A DNA stretch of 64,000 nucleotides from Octopus sinensis (lineage: Eukaryota), in assembly GCF_006345805.1 (NCBI RefSeq), contig NW_021832126.1, positions 426,910 through 490,909 on the forward strand, read 5' to 3'. The notes below the pieces were generated by a model that was not told the origin of the DNA, made no database searches, and saw only the letters and a list, made by a program, of their open reading frames with translations. Each line of letters opens with the position of its first letter. The stretch's first letter is position 1. The translations under genes and the position numbers were made by a program. Of this stretch, positions 22,796 through 36,512 are shown one piece after another.

Positions 22796-24124
22796 TTATT
22801 ACTATTTCATATTTTACTGTTCTTTGTTTTTTGCTCTCCCAGTTGCTAATATCGGACATGGAACGGCTCTTTTTGGTTTGTAAACATTTTTTGAAGACAA
22901 ATATGAATAATAACCATTCATCTAGTCGGCAATTTAACACGCGAATGTTTCTTAATTCTTTTAGTTTAGAGTAAAAGCTACAAAATAAGGACACAAATGT
23001 GTTCCCTATGAGCTGTGACCACGTTTTCTCGTTAGTCTTCAACTATTATTGAATTGACAAACACTTCCAATCTTTAACTCAGCTGTGGGCCTTTTCTTAA
23101 CAAATCAATTTCAAAAATCTATGCGTGCTTTTGAAATTTTAGTCTACTTTTCTTTATCGAGGTTCTTGGGAATGGCCTGTGTTAGATTCACACTAATAAT
23201 CATTGTCCAACTGCCACAAGCTTGAAAGGCGTGGGCCATTATCAAATGTGGATGTATTGTGCCTTCTAATTTTTCTATTTTAGTAAAGTTGAATCTCAAA
23301 CAGATGTCAAAATCTATATTGGCAAATGAAAATACTCTATTTTGGTTCAAATATATATATTACTCAGTACAGTCTAACTACCATTTGGGGCACTTAGCTA
23401 TGAAAACAGTCTATGAAATTAAAGACTTACTTCGTTTAATCGACTGTCTCTAATGATGTGGTCGAAATACGAGTGGAAACGATGATTAAGAGACAATAAA
23501 GTCGACCTACCATTTTTGTCTGGACAACGTTCGGATTATCATTATGTTTATTGAAGTCGAAATTACTTCTTAACAATCTTTAAAGCATGTGGAAGTCAGG
23601 AAGTTTTTTAAATTTGATTTCTTGGCAGCAAATCAAAGTTAATTCAAAAGTTAATGACTTTAGTACCACTCCTTCTCACATGTGGTGGAATAGCATCAAA
23701 ATTTTACAAACATTATTAAAACTTACTAAGGGTCGAAGATTCAATTCGTGCCTATGGCTAGACCATCGTGAATAAAAAGACATTAGAGAGCATCCGCCCT
23801 GAACATGAACTCTCGGCTACAGGGGCAAATGACGTAACAAGTATTGCAATAAATGTTGGGGCAATAAATGAACGACTGAATGGAGACAGTAGCCACCACA
23901 AGACATCAATGGAACTTGTCGAGCACACGGACGCTGTATCCCGGCCCATGAGCCTATCAGATGTAGGCATCCCTTTTAAAAAAGGAGAGGACATCGGAAG
24001 AAAAGAGGAGGAAGCTGGAAACAATATTATCTGTATAAGATATTTTTCCAGTTTAATTATTTTACTGATTGTTAATAATAAATAAAATATATTTGTGTTG
24101 TTGTATCGTTGACGTATTACTGTG

Positions 24125-24898
24125 ATGAACAGACTATTTGGAAAATCAAAACCAGCTCCTCCTCCGAAAAACCTTGGGGATACAGTCGCAAACGTAACAG
24201 AGTCCAAAGATATGTTTAGATTGATAGTCGATGTGAAGTAATAGAAAAGAAAGTAAATCAAATGAACGTCGAGCTAGTCAAGATCAAAGACCAGATGAAC
24301 AAGACAAGCAACAAGCCAGCTAAAGACATTCTCCAACGTAAAGCTTTGAATATTCTCCGTCAAAGAAAAGTGTAAAGGCTTTCTCTGCCTCATGTCGTAG
24401 CTATGAAAATCAGTTAGACAGCCTGAGGAACCAGTCCTTCAACGTTGGACAGATGGACTTTGCAATTCAGACGGTGAAGGACACGAAAGATACAGTCGCC
24501 TCTAATTAATCTCACAATTAGGTAAATGCGATGAAATTGGGGACCAGGGAGTTCAAAAATGCATATAAAAATGTGAAACTCGAGCAAATCGAGGTTTACC
24601 CCTTTCAGTATAAGTTCCCAGGATTTGCAGGAGGACATGATGGAGTATATGGAACAGGCTGATGAGATACAGCAAGTCCTCGGAACCGTCTCCAATTCAG
24701 ACTTTGTCGATGAATCCGAGTTGGAGGCTGAATTTGCTGCTTTGGGGACTGACATGAGCACGACGGATGCCTTCGACACGGATCTGATTCCCTCGGTCCC
24801 CTCACACCTCCCGGGTGACCAAGCATCAGTATTGTCATTATTCATTTTAGAGCTCGGGTGTTCAACTTGATGAGTACGGACTTCCACAGGGCAAGTAA
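24125..24898 (+). CDS. CHMP5: ESCRT-III subunit CHMP5/Vps60
   Basis: MNRLFGKSKPAPPP, YENQLDSLRNQSFN, DLQEDMMEYMEQADEIQQVLG, VDESELEAEFAALG, C-terminal DEYGLPQ. Confidence 0.9.
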
Positions 24899-25295
24899 AT
24901 GCTTATTATTTCATTAATAAATATAAATTTGTTGAGGCTTGTTTTTTATTAGGTTCATAAAATTTACAACAGTATTTTTCATCATGTTTTGCTACATATT
25001 TTTATCCAGTTAGGAAGCGCTGCTTCATGGCAACTAGGACTGCGCTACTAATGTGTGTTTAGGTTTTTACATTCTTTCAGATTACTATTTCTAAAGTTTT
25101 GTAGACTTAATCGTTGTTATCTGTACTCTATTTTTTCTCAGTTTTGTTATTTCTTACTTAGTGTAAGAAGATCTGTTCGCTAAACTGTTCTAAATTAAAG
25201 ATGAGCTCTCGAATTTGATTCGAATGTGTCACCTCATGTACCAATTTAATTAACCGCAACTTTAAACTTGTTAAAAATTAATTTGTTATATTTGT

Positions 25296-27073
25296 TTATG
25301 AGACAGTTGTACATTATGCGTCTTCCTACTTAACGTATTCATCACCCAGTCGGGTAACTAAAAATACACATTCCTTAATTTACGTCGTAAAACCCAGGAC
25401 CGGGTGTTGAACTTTTAAGATCTTCCGTGTCTTGGAATCTCGCAGATGAGCACGTCCACATATTTCCACTATTCATGTTCTTTGCGATGTGATAGTCCGC
25501 AGGGCCTATAAATGTGCCTCAAGTTTCACCAGGGATGTTCAAATCAGGCCGTTTAGTAATGATTTTGGCGAGCTTGCTGTCAAATCTGTTTTCTGTCGTG
25601 CCAAAAGCATTTTTGTTTTTCCGACAATTCTTCTCAAACTCCCTAATGACGTCATAACTTCCTGGTCCGACGTCCTGCTTAAAATAATACTCAGAACTAA
25701 GCCTCTTTCTCCTCATTTATATTAAATCGTTTGGTTTTAGAGGCGAAAGCGGAAGTCGCGTTGTTGTACAATTGCGGGTAAGAAATCTCGAAGTATTCTC
25801 CAGGACCAGGAATTCCCGACTTGTCTCTCAGATTATTTTGATCAAATCGATTGGTCGTTGTACTAAAGGCAACATTTGAGTTTTGTTTTCTTTTTTGGTT
25901 GATGCAATTTTCTCCGGGGTAGTGCAAAATGTCTAAAATGTTTTAAAGACTCATTTGACCTGGAGATTTGCGAGGTTTTTCAAACCTGATGGCGGTAGAA
26001 CCAAAGGGAACTTTGTCTTTTGGGATCAAGTCGGGTTTTTTGGCACAGATTTGCTGATAGTCGCACGGAGCAGGATTCGTGTTGATTTTAACAACAAATC
26101 TCTAAATTGGACGTTTCAAACAAATTTGATGGATTATAATTCGTTTATACTTTTCCTTGGGATCCGAAAGGGACTCGTGTAGCGTTTTCTAGTCGATTTG
26201 GTTTTTTAGTTTCTTCTTTTTTGATTTGACCAATTTCTGGGATCGTAGATTGTTTTTTCTAAACTTTTCGTTATGGAAAAAACAGTCTTGTTTTCAACTG
26301 GTCTGTAAAAACTCGTTTTTATTGTCTTGGTCGCGTTCAAATTGCGCATCTTTGACGATTTAATTTCATGCGGGTTATAAGCTCCTGGTCCCGGAGTTTC
26401 TGATGTGAATTTGAATAATTTTCTTTCACTGCCTTTGAAAAAAGTGTAGCCTTTGTACGAAGAATGAGTTTTCTACGGTCACTTGTATGAATACGTTGAA
26501 AGGATTGTAGAAAGCCGGGCCGATTGTAGCGTCGCGGTATGGCACAGGTTGTTTAATCAAAATCCCGTTTTCGTTTTCCTCATATCCATATGACTCGCCC
26601 TGGATGGGAATCGAAGGTGCTTTGTAAATTCTGTTTTCGTTTAAACATTTTATCGAGTCCTGAACGTGGTATGTCAGTGATTTTACAATCTTGTAGCATT
26701 TGTTGACAACTTTTTTACTTCCGCCTACATCATATGACCCGGGGGCAGGAGTGTCGTTATATTCGTCCTTAAAACGTGTGGTTTTGCTCTTCATTGAACT
26801 GCCACCCTTCAAATAGTCGCTTTTCAGATACAATGATATGACACTTCAAATCAAGATTGTACTGGCCTGGGGCAGGAGAGAAAATTCCCTCGTCCTCCGA
26901 AATATCCCGACGTCGCAATGAGAGAAATGGAGCATACGACTCCCCTTAATACTAGTTTGTAAAGTTCTACCTTCACTGACTAGTGGTTTGGAGATGTTGT
27001 ATGTTCCGGGACCCACATTTTCGTTTGTAGATCCACAAATGCTGATCGTGTTCCTTGGACGTCTGTCGTACAT
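25296..27073 (-). CDS. STPG2: Sperm-tail PG-rich repeat (SHIPPO) protein
   Basis: N-terminus MYDRRPR...GSTNENVGPGTYN; repeated PAPGSY, GPAFY, PGPGEY, VGPGSY and PGPGFY motifs. Confidence 0.8.
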
Positions 27074-27177
27074 TTTGATTGCTATGGCGACTATTTATTT
27101 ATTGTTGGTCCTTTACAGATAGGGAAAGTGAAGCTTTTTTTAAATGCAACCACGTTATCGGCAAGCTACGACATTTT

Positions 27178-27580
27178 TAAACCCCAGCAGGTTTCCAAGT
27201 TTAGCAGCCTCTGATCAATAGATAGACGCTGGTAAGGGAAGTCGGCAAACTAGATCTGTACCTTTGGTAGAAGGATTGACTCTATTGGTTGAGTCTTTAC
27301 TATTGTTTGTTTTACTGTTGCGTAGGTGGTAGTTAAGCATTGAGTGTTAGGACAGTGATCAACCAAAGTAGAACTGGGATGAAGAAAGCCAATCTGACTA
27401 TATAATAACAACAAAGCAGTGCGATAGCCGTAAACGGCGGGTGAATGTCAGCGTGAAAGCAGTGTGATTTCTGCCCAGTGCCCTGAATGTCAGCGTGAAG
27501 AGATTCAATTAAGCACGGGTAAACGGCGGGGATAACTATGGCTCTCTTAAGGTAGCCAAATGCCTCTTAATTTAATTGAT
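27178..27580 (+). rRNA. Internal 28S rRNA fragment (pseudogene) including an intact R2 target site
   Basis: cagcaggtttccaag, taagggaagtcggcaa, gtgatttctgcccagtg, gtaaacggcggg, ctctcttaaggtagccaaatgcctc. Confidence 0.88.
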
Positions 27581-28052
27581 GCCGGCTATTGAAACATAAT
27601 AATTATCGTTTTTACGCTTTTTAAATAAAAAACCAATTTAATAGTTATTCTCCGAAGTCTTTGCTGTTCTTAATTCCTACGCATTTTAATTGGGGCACGT
27701 ATATTCTTCAATATGTTTTAGAAAGTCGAGGGAGAGTTCTGTTAATCCGATCACACAAATTAATACCTTCGCCTTGATAGCACACACCAATGAGGTGGAA
27801 GACTTTGTTCTAAGAAAACTACATTAGTGTTCCATCTAAGAATAACTCCTCCAACTTTTCTTTGCTAATTCCCTTAACAACGTGAAATAATATTCACAAC
27901 CTGGCTGGCCAAAGGACTCCCAAGCGCCGGAAAGAATAACTTAATGATATGATTAATTTGATTCTTTTTTATAAAAAAATTGTATTATATATACTCATTA
28001 AATATAATTTGTTTCTCACCCGCCTTGTTTCGTTGTTTCTTTATAAATAAAA

Positions 28053-28609
28053 ATGAGTCTACTAACCCACCACTTTATGGATATTTTCAATTCTCTGATG
28101 AAAGATCAACAAATTACTTTTATTAATTGGATTAAATTTATCGTATCTCAGTACAAGGTGTCCTTCACTTCCAACGGTCTTTATATTCTCAGTATTACCT
28201 AGGAGTCACACATTTTTTCCCTGATCCTGAAATACTCGCTGACTCTGCAGCCACATCTGAACCTCCAGAGGACGATTGGCATGCTCAGAACTCTGGCCCT
28301 GCAGATGATCTATGTCTCGATGAGCAGACAGAGGATCAAAAGATGGAATCCTTTTTAGGGAATTTTGGTGTTACAACATCCGGGAGTATAAATTCTGGGG
28401 AATTGTATGAGCGCAAGAAAGCATTTCATTGCTTAAATTGCAGTTATAATTCCGCCTATAAAAATAATATGCAGCGACATATCAAAAAAATACATCCTGA
28501 CTCTACTGATCAAATTTCGGAAGCAAAGACACTTTTTCACTGCAAGGCCTGCTCCTACACATCTCCCTACAAGAATAATATGGTTCGACACATTTCCAAA
28601 CTCCACTGA
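28053..28609 (+). CDS. Small protein with two C2H2 zinc fingers (start codon uncertain)
   Basis: FHCLNCSYNSAYKNNMQRHIKKIH and FHCKACSYTSPYKNNMVRHISKLH. Confidence 0.75.
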
Positions 28610-30734
28610 TTACTCTTCCTATGTCTTTTTTACTTTTGTGTTTCATTTTCACGTTTCCTTTAATTTGATGACAAACTGTACTAAGCAGTTGAGATTTGTA
28701 TGTGGCAGGAATTCATTCCACAAACAATGGAGACAGCCAACCGCGACTCCATACGCGAACGTGTCAACGCCCAACTATTGGAAGGAAATGTTGCCGGTGC
28801 TGTCCGTGTTTTGGCATCCGATGCCAAGGCGCTCGAAATAACTCCCCAAGTTCTTGGAGAACTAAAAACGAAGCACCCCAATCCTCCGGATGACCAACGG
28901 CCCCTTATCGCCCATTCTGACCTTCCAAACTCTCATGCCTCTAAAGAGGAAGTCCTCGATGCCATTAATTCTCTGGCGACCGGTAGTTGTGGCGGCATAG
29001 ACGGTCTCCGCCCTGGGCACGTCAAAGATATGCTATCAAATCATACCTGTGAGGCTGGTCAGCGCCTTCTATCTTCTCTAACGGCTCTTACGAACAGAAT
29101 CTTGAATGCCGAAATTCCTGAACACGCCCGTGACTTATTTTTCGCTGCCAATCTTACTGCACTCCGGAAAAAAGAAGGCGGCATTCGCCCCATCGCAATG
29201 GGCTGTTTCTATCGCCGGTTGGCCTCAAAAGTTGCTTGCAGGCAAGCTACAAAGTTATTGGGATCTGAATTACGCCCAATACAACTCGGAGTCGGTGTCA
29301 GTGGCGGCTGTGAAGCCGCAGTCCATGCAACAAGGAAGTTCATCTCCGCCTCACAAAATCAGCCGAATAACCTTCATCTTCTAATCAAACTGGACCTGAT
29401 TAACGCTTTTAACAGCGTTCGTCGTGACGTAATCTTTGAATCCATCATCCGTCGTTCACCTTTTATTGCTCGTCTGGTCGCTTTGGCCTACGGTCGACCC
29501 AGCCTCTTTATCGCTGGCGACCACTCAATCTCGTCCTGCAACGGGGTCCAACAAGGCGATCCTCTGGGTCCTCTCCTTTTCGTCCTGGCAATCGATCCCG
29601 TTGCCAGAAGTGTATCCTCCGTTTTCAATGCTTGGTATTTGGACGATGCTACTATCGGAGGTACTCTCGAATCCGTTCTTGACGATCTGAGAATTTTAAT
29701 CCCGGCATTACACGCAATTGGCCTCGATATCAATCCCCGAAAATCTGAAATCTTTAACATCAGTTATGATGTTCACCGTTTCTCTGTTGCCCATTGTTCT
29801 ATCGAGTCATTACTTCCTAACATCCATGTCACTTCACCCGGAAATCTCAAGATTTTGGGTTCCACGATTTTTCACTCCGGTGTTGTTTCTACCTTATCAG
29901 AAAAAACATCAAACCTTGCGTCAATGTCCTGTAATCTTGGTATCATCAACTCCCATTCGGCCCTGTTCTTATTGAGGAACTGTTTCGCCATTCCTAAACT
30001 ACTGTTTACCCTTAGAAGCGCACCATGCTTTGCCAATCCCGAGAGTCTTTCCAGATTCGACCATTCTCTTAGGACTTGCCTCGAATCAATATGTAATGCA
30101 CCATTCGACGATCTTGGCTGGGAACAGGCAATACTCCCTATCAGTCATGGCGGCATCGGCGCGCGCTCAGCCACTGACCTTTTTTTGCCAGCATTCCTTT
30201 CCTCCACACATGCCACGAGCACCCTTGTCCAAGAGATTCTCCAACCCTTTTCCGAATCTTCTTTGGACACAGAGTCAGTCGCCGCAAAAAGCCGCTGGCT
30301 TGGGTTGTCTCTTGAGCTCCCACAGAATCCACACGCACAGGTCGAATGGGACAGGATCCTCTGTGACCAGAAGTTGAACAACCTCAAGCCTAAGCTTAAC
30401 CAACATCGCTTGGCTTGTTTATTGGCCGCCTCGCAACCATATTCGGGGGCTTGGTTGACCGCTATCCCAATGGGTTCTAGTGGAACCTTATTGGACAATG
30501 ATTGCCTGAGGATCGGCATACAGTGCTGGTAGAAAAAAACCGGTTTTGCAGTTACTAACTTTTTTTGGCGGATAGCATTTATTTTTTTTTAACTGAATTG
30601 AACTCTTTGTAGTTGATTAGATTTATAATTTTTTTTATTTATAAAAAATTCCATTAATCGTTTAAAATTCTGAAGATTTAAATTTTAGCGTGTGAATAAA
30701 AAACCGGTTTGCATTATTGAGTGATATTTTAGTA

Positions 30735-33700
30735 CAGTTCGACCTCTAAATGGGGCACTAAGTGCCTCAAATCAGAGGTTTCCCCAAAAAAGAGGTTTTT
30801 CAAAAAGCTCAATAAATAAAGAAAAAGAACATTATTTTTTAAAATAATCAGTTAATTTTTCTCCATATTTATATTTATTTTTAATTCCTAACGACACTTT
30901 CTTTCTGAATTCATAAAAATCATGAAGAGAATCTGGAATCAAATCAAAGATGTTTGTCTCTATGTTTTCCATCAAACTTAAAATTTGTGATATTGATGGT
31001 TCGCAGCTTATATTCTCATAGATATTTGGATCATTATCTTCTATTTCATAATGATTCCAGCATCCAATGGTTGAAGTATTGGTGTCGTATTTTTTGGTAA
31101 AAATAAAAAATCAACGTTGCTAAATGTCGATATTTTGTGCCAAGCAGCGTTATCTAATAACTAGGGCAATTTAAGTTAAAAAAGTTAAAATATATGAAAA
31201 TGTGTATTTTGGCTTAAAAGTAAAAATAAAGTATTTTTTAAATGAAATAGTTACTTATTAAAGAAAAAAATAAAGTTAAAAAGTTAAAAAAAATTTTTTA
31301 TAAAGTTAAAAATTTTAACTTTATTTAAAATAGCGCGTGGGTGTTTAGTATGCCAAGAACTGCAAAAACAATGTATTTTAAGGCAAAAAAAATTGTTATT
31401 GAATATCCGCTGGAGTTTTTATTACGAGAGAATGGCGAGTTGCAATGTCAACTTTGCTTATGCACAGTCAGGTGTGAGAAAAAGCATTTTGTGAATTCTC
31501 ACCGAGAATCGAAGAAGCACTCAAATTTATTAAGTTTTTACAAATTAATATAATTTTTAGAGAATAATTTCTATCAGCCTTTTTTGGACGAGTTACCCAA
31601 TGATGACTGGTCAATGCAAGTCACTAAAGCATTTATTCAATGCGATATACCCTTGCATAAATTGACTATGCCTCCTCTAAAGAATTTATTCAAGAATACT
31701 TCTTTGCCTCTTCCTTCCCAATACAAAGCAAGAATGTGCGTTAAACAATTGAAAACTGAATATATTGTATTATTTCAAGAAAAGTTTAGGTTTATGAATA
31801 TATAATTTTTTAGAAATCAACTTGTATTCGCCATAAGTGACGAGGTCACTATTCGTAGTCAAAAATTTGTTGCAGTTTTAATGGGGATACTTAAAAATCC
31901 CGATAAAACTTATTTGATTTCTTTCGTAAAAATTGATAAAACTTCTACCAAAGAAACAATTATTCAAATTGTTGACGATACGATTAAATGCGTTTTAATT
32001 GAAAGACAAAATTTCCTTCTCCTAATAACAGATTCCGCTAAATATATGCTAGCAGGTTTTAATTTAACATATAATTATAGCTGGAAAAGTTCTTAAGCTT
32101 TTATATCCAAGGTTATTTCACGTAACTTGTGTTGCTCATCTGATGCATAATTGTTCAATGAAAATCAGGACTATTTATCCTGAAATTGATTCTCTTATTG
32201 CATCAATTCAAGCGGCAATAACAAAAAATAACAAGAGAAAACGACTATTTAATGAAATTGGAATTCCACCTCATGTAGTTTTAACTAGATGGGGTACTTG
32301 GCTAACTGCTGCATTTTATTATGCAAAAAATTTAATACATGTGATAAACATTTTCAAAACAATTCCTGATGATGGAATCATTGTTCAGGCTGCAAAAAAT
32401 AGCCTAAGAGATGAATCTCTAGTAAAAAGCTTAAGTTCTATTGTTAGAAATTATTCGACAATTCCAGGTAAAACTAGTTTAATAATAGCAGAATTATTGT
32501 GCAAATTTGAAAGTTCTCACTCCTCAATAGAGTTAGCTTACAATGAGCTAAAGAATTTAAAATTTGACGACGAATCAGATATAATTGAAAAATATTTGAA
32601 TGAACGATTACAAAAAATGATTTATGTCAAATTATAAGAATGACAAATTCATCAATTTCTCCTGAAGAATATTGTATGCTTTTAAAGTGTCAGCCTTCAT
32701 CCTCTTCCATAGAACGATGCTTCTCTCAAATTAAAAACTTTATGAGGGATAACAGAAATTTTAATATTGAAAATATAGAGAATTATGTTATATGTTTGTA
32801 TAATAAATGATTCTTAAGTTAAAATTTGTTAGGTTAAAATTTTTGTTTTATAGGTTAAAATTTGGTTATTTTTAGGTTAAAAAGTTAAAATTTTTAGGTT
32901 AAAAAATCGAAGTTTTTAGGTTAAAAAAAATTGCCCTACTAATAACATTAAGATTTTTCTTTTTTGAATAATCATTTTTTCATTAATTTTTTTGAGCCAG
33001 GATATAAAAATGTCTCTTGTCATCCACGCATTTTTGGACGAAGAGTATAAAATTCCATAAATTTCGGGAGAAAATTTTTTGAAACATCTAGGATTTCTAT
33101 ATTTTCCGATTATTAATGGTTCAAATTTTTCTCCAGTGTAACTACAGCATAGATGGAGAGTAACTTTATCTTTACTCCTTTTAAAGCCCCGTGCCGAATC
33201 ACCAGTTTTCACGAATGATTTACGTGGGGTAAGTTTGATAAAAAGAGAAGTTTCGTCACAATTAAAAATGTTCTCCTTTCCATATTGTTCAACTTTGATA
33301 TTTAATTCTGATAAAAAATTCAAAATTATCGCATGATCAGCAGATGCGGATTCGCCTGACAATGTTCGGAATTTTAATTCATGCCTCTGCTTGAATTTTT
33401 CTAACCATCCATTTGAAGCTTTAAACTTGTTTAAGGCCATTCTCGAAGAAACAGTTAGGGAAATTTTTTTTTAAAAGAGTTCCAGAAACTGGAACATTCT
33501 GACCCCTTAGACGCTGAAAAATATCAAGGACTTTTTCATCAAATCCGTTTTTATTTTCACTTAATGATGAGGAAAGAAATCCTTTTTTGATAAATGGAAG
33601 AATATTCTTTTTTATACGAAAAATAGTTCCCTTGTTAGTATTGTACATTATGGATAATCTCCTCTCAGAATGTTCTTTCTTTAAAAGATGATCAGGAATC

Positions 33701-33950
33701 TTCAACTTGGTTTCATAATTCAAAGGCATTACACAAGAAATTTGAAATGAAACGTGTCTTAAAATATTTATTTTTTAAATTGGTATAATTAATTTTATGT
33801 AATAAAAAATCAATGCCCCAAATAGAGATGTTAAAATTAATTGATTTTTTATAATTTGGTTTAAAAAATTTATAATGCCCCAAAACAGAGTTTTCCCCAA
33901 AAAAGAGGTGCCCCACCCCTGGAGGTGCGCCCCAATTAGAGGTCGGACTG
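30735..33950 (-). mobile_element. pogo/Tigger-like transposon (DD29D) nested in the Tc1
   Basis: TIR cagt(t/c)cgacctctaa(a/t)tggggc with TA TSD; FKASNGWLEKFKQRH, FNCDET, ILMLL|DNAAWH...QPLDAGII, the last rejoined after removing the hAT. Confidence 0.9.
31162..32938 (+). mobile_element. hAT transposon (CGGBP1/DUF659-like transposase, CDS 31350-32810) nested in the pogo
   Basis: TIR tagggcaattt/aaattgcccta; 8-bp TSD ctaataac at 31154-31161 and 32939-32946; N-terminal CxxC..H..H, SDEVT, TDSAKYM, HVTCVAH, SSIERCFS; four introns of 21-27 nt. Confidence 0.9.
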
Positions 33951-34209
33951 TAGTTGAATTTTTAGTTTTATAAGCAAATGTTAAAATAATTAAAGGGAAG
34001 ATTCTTGCTCTTTATGAGTTAAATTGGACGATAAAAGATGTCACCGGCCGTAGGATGGACGGCGCCGTTGAGTGGACACTAAGCAATATTTTTAATTAAA
34101 AATATTTTTACAATAATAATCTCCATTAAAAAATCAAAATTATTTAAATAATTTATTAAATATTCCTAATTTTTGTTTAAATTAAGAATCGCGTGAGAAT
34201 GGTTTTGTT

Positions 34210-35660
34210 ATTATTATTAGAACCAAGATCACCGTCCAAAACATAAAACTAATTAATCAGGTGACCCCGGCTTCTCTGAGGAGGGTCCTCAACTTTGCCC
34301 GGTGCTCCTCCCTTGTCCCGGCACAATTTCTGTGAGGGCGCGGTGGTGGTGTTTTAGGCCCTGTATCCCCGAGGTTTCTTCTCAAGATTTCATTAAATGG
34401 GGCGATGAGTAGATGTTCGTTCGGTCCCTGCAGTGCTTTTCGGAAGCGATCTTGAGTTTTCTCGATTTTAGCGCGGTTCGTTCCACTGATAAACCCTCCC
34501 CACGCCTCACAAGCATAGCTAAAGGAGGGTTCGATGAATTGCCGGTATAAGGCTTGTCGTGCGGGGAAGCTGATACACTGTCTGCATTTACGAAGAAACA
34601 CTTTCAAGATGTTCAGTTTCTTCATGCACCTCGTAGTAATATTATCGACTTGTTGAGAGAAACACATATGACTGTCGTAAGTCACCCCGAGGATTTTCTG
34701 AGATTTTTGAAACGGGATTTCCATGTTATTTAGGTACAGGTTCACCACCGTTTTCCCAAGCTTCCTTGCTGAGGTCATAAGCGTGGTGACCGATTTTTCC
34801 GGACTCGTTGATAGTCGGTTTAGCGAGAGCCAACTTTCGAGATTGTTAAGGTGGTTCTGCAGTTTTGTACTCGCCGTGTTCACCTCACGGCTCCGGGTAG
34901 CAATTACGATATCGTCAGCGTATGATAAAATGATTGAGTCTTTGTCGTTTGGTAGCGGTAGATCCGATAAGAATAAGTTGAACAGGGCTGGTGAAAGGGG
35001 GGAGCCTTGAGGGACCCCGTTTGGAAAGTATCGAGACATCGATCTTGTATTGTTTTGTTGGATTCTGCCTCTTCGGCCGCTGAGGAAGTTAGCTAGCCAC
35101 ATTTTCAGTCTTGGGTGAATTCCACTAAGGTATATTTTCCTGGTCAGTATTTTTCTGGGAACGGAGTCAAAAGCCTTATGGATATCCACTGAGCACATAA
35201 CCGTTTTTTGGTTATACGGTTTGGTAGATAGTCCATCTGAGATGAAGTTCGTCAAAGTGACAAGGTGCGAGGTGGTTGATTTACCACATTTAAATCCATG
35301 TTGAAAGTCCAAATCCGGGAGATATTGTTTGATGTGGTTGAGTATAAGTTTTTCCAGAACTTTGGAAAGGACGCAGAGGAGAGATATTGGCCTGTAGGAC
35401 GCCGGGTTGTCTTTTGGTCTCCCTGGTTTCAGAATAGGGCGAATGTGTGCCATTTTCCATAGTGTGGGTATTGCGTTGTTGTTTATAGAAAAGTTGTAAA
35501 TTTGACAGAGAGCTGATATTGCCACCGGTCCTAGGTTTTTCACCAGAATAGTAGGAATTCCGTCAGGTCCACAAGAGCCAGTGTTTCTTAAATTTCTGAT
35601 GGTCTGAGACACCTCCTCTTGAGTGAGGATAATCATGTCTATTGCAATCCTGGTTTTGTT
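34210..35660 (-). mobile_element. 5'-truncated LINE (Jockey/I-like RT) nested in the Ginger
   Basis: GPDGI, YRPISLL, QHGF, DIHKAFDSV, PQGSPLSPALFN, SYADD; (taa)n tail; 13-bp TSD gaatggttttgtt at 34197-34209 and 35661-35673. Confidence 0.9.
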
Positions 35661-36335
35661 GAATGGTTTTGTTGTATCTATTGCAATCCTTTGTTGAAAA
35701 ATTAATTAATTATATTGAAACTGGCTTGATAGAAGATGAAACACAGAGGAAAGAACGTGTTAAAATACGTTCTTTCTCAAAAAATTTTATTTATGAGCAA
35801 TCTGTGCTTTTCATTCTGAAAAATGGTAAAAAACTAAGATTCTTTACTATCGAACAAAATGAATTTAAGATGAAAACAATTGAGGTAAATATAAAATCAA
35901 ATTTTGTAGGCTGAACACAATTTAAACCATTTTGGCCGTGATAGGCTTTATTCCAAACTGAGTGAAACAATGTAGTAGAAAATTTAGAAAAAGCAGGAGC
36001 GAAAATGTCTAAAAAAAGGAAATGGAAATTCGACGAAGAGGATATAAATGTCGGAGATTCTGTTATTATCCGACATGATAGAGACGCAAATGTGAATAAT
36101 ATGAAATATCCTCTTCACGATGAAATATCTTCAGAGAAATTTTATATCGTCGACAAAAAAAATAATTTATGTGTGTTAAAAGATGAAAATGGAACAGAAA
36201 TTGAATCCATTCACATTAGTCTTTAAATAATAAATAAAATAAATAATTAGTAAACTCAAACAATTAGTTTAAATTTTTGGTTAATAAAATTTTAAAAATT
36301 GTATAAAAAGTTTTTCAACTTAAAATAAGAAGTAA

Positions 36336-36512
36336 ACACACCGCGGCCGAAGGCCGCATAGGGGAATAGTTGGATTCCAAAAAAAATCCGGCCGTAGGCC
36401 AATTGGTTTAGGTTGGACTTTAAAAACTACACACCGCGGCCGAAGGCCGCATAGGGGAATAGTTGGATTCCAAAAAAATCCGGCCGTAGGCCAATTGGTT
36501 TAGGTTGGACTT
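36336..36512. repeat. Two tandem copies of a hairpin-rich unit of about 90 bp
   Basis: gcggcc-gaa-ggccgc, ggatt...aatcc, ggcc-gta-ggcc and ccaattgg occur in each copy. Confidence 0.9.

Noticed and set aside
22900-24085. Possible gene between PNO1 and CHMP5
   Set aside because: Coding-like composition, but I could not build a consistent exon chain or recognise a family on either strand.
27548-27559. R2 element insertion at the 28S target
   Set aside because: The TTAAGG|TAGCCA site is intact and no R2 ORF is adjacent.
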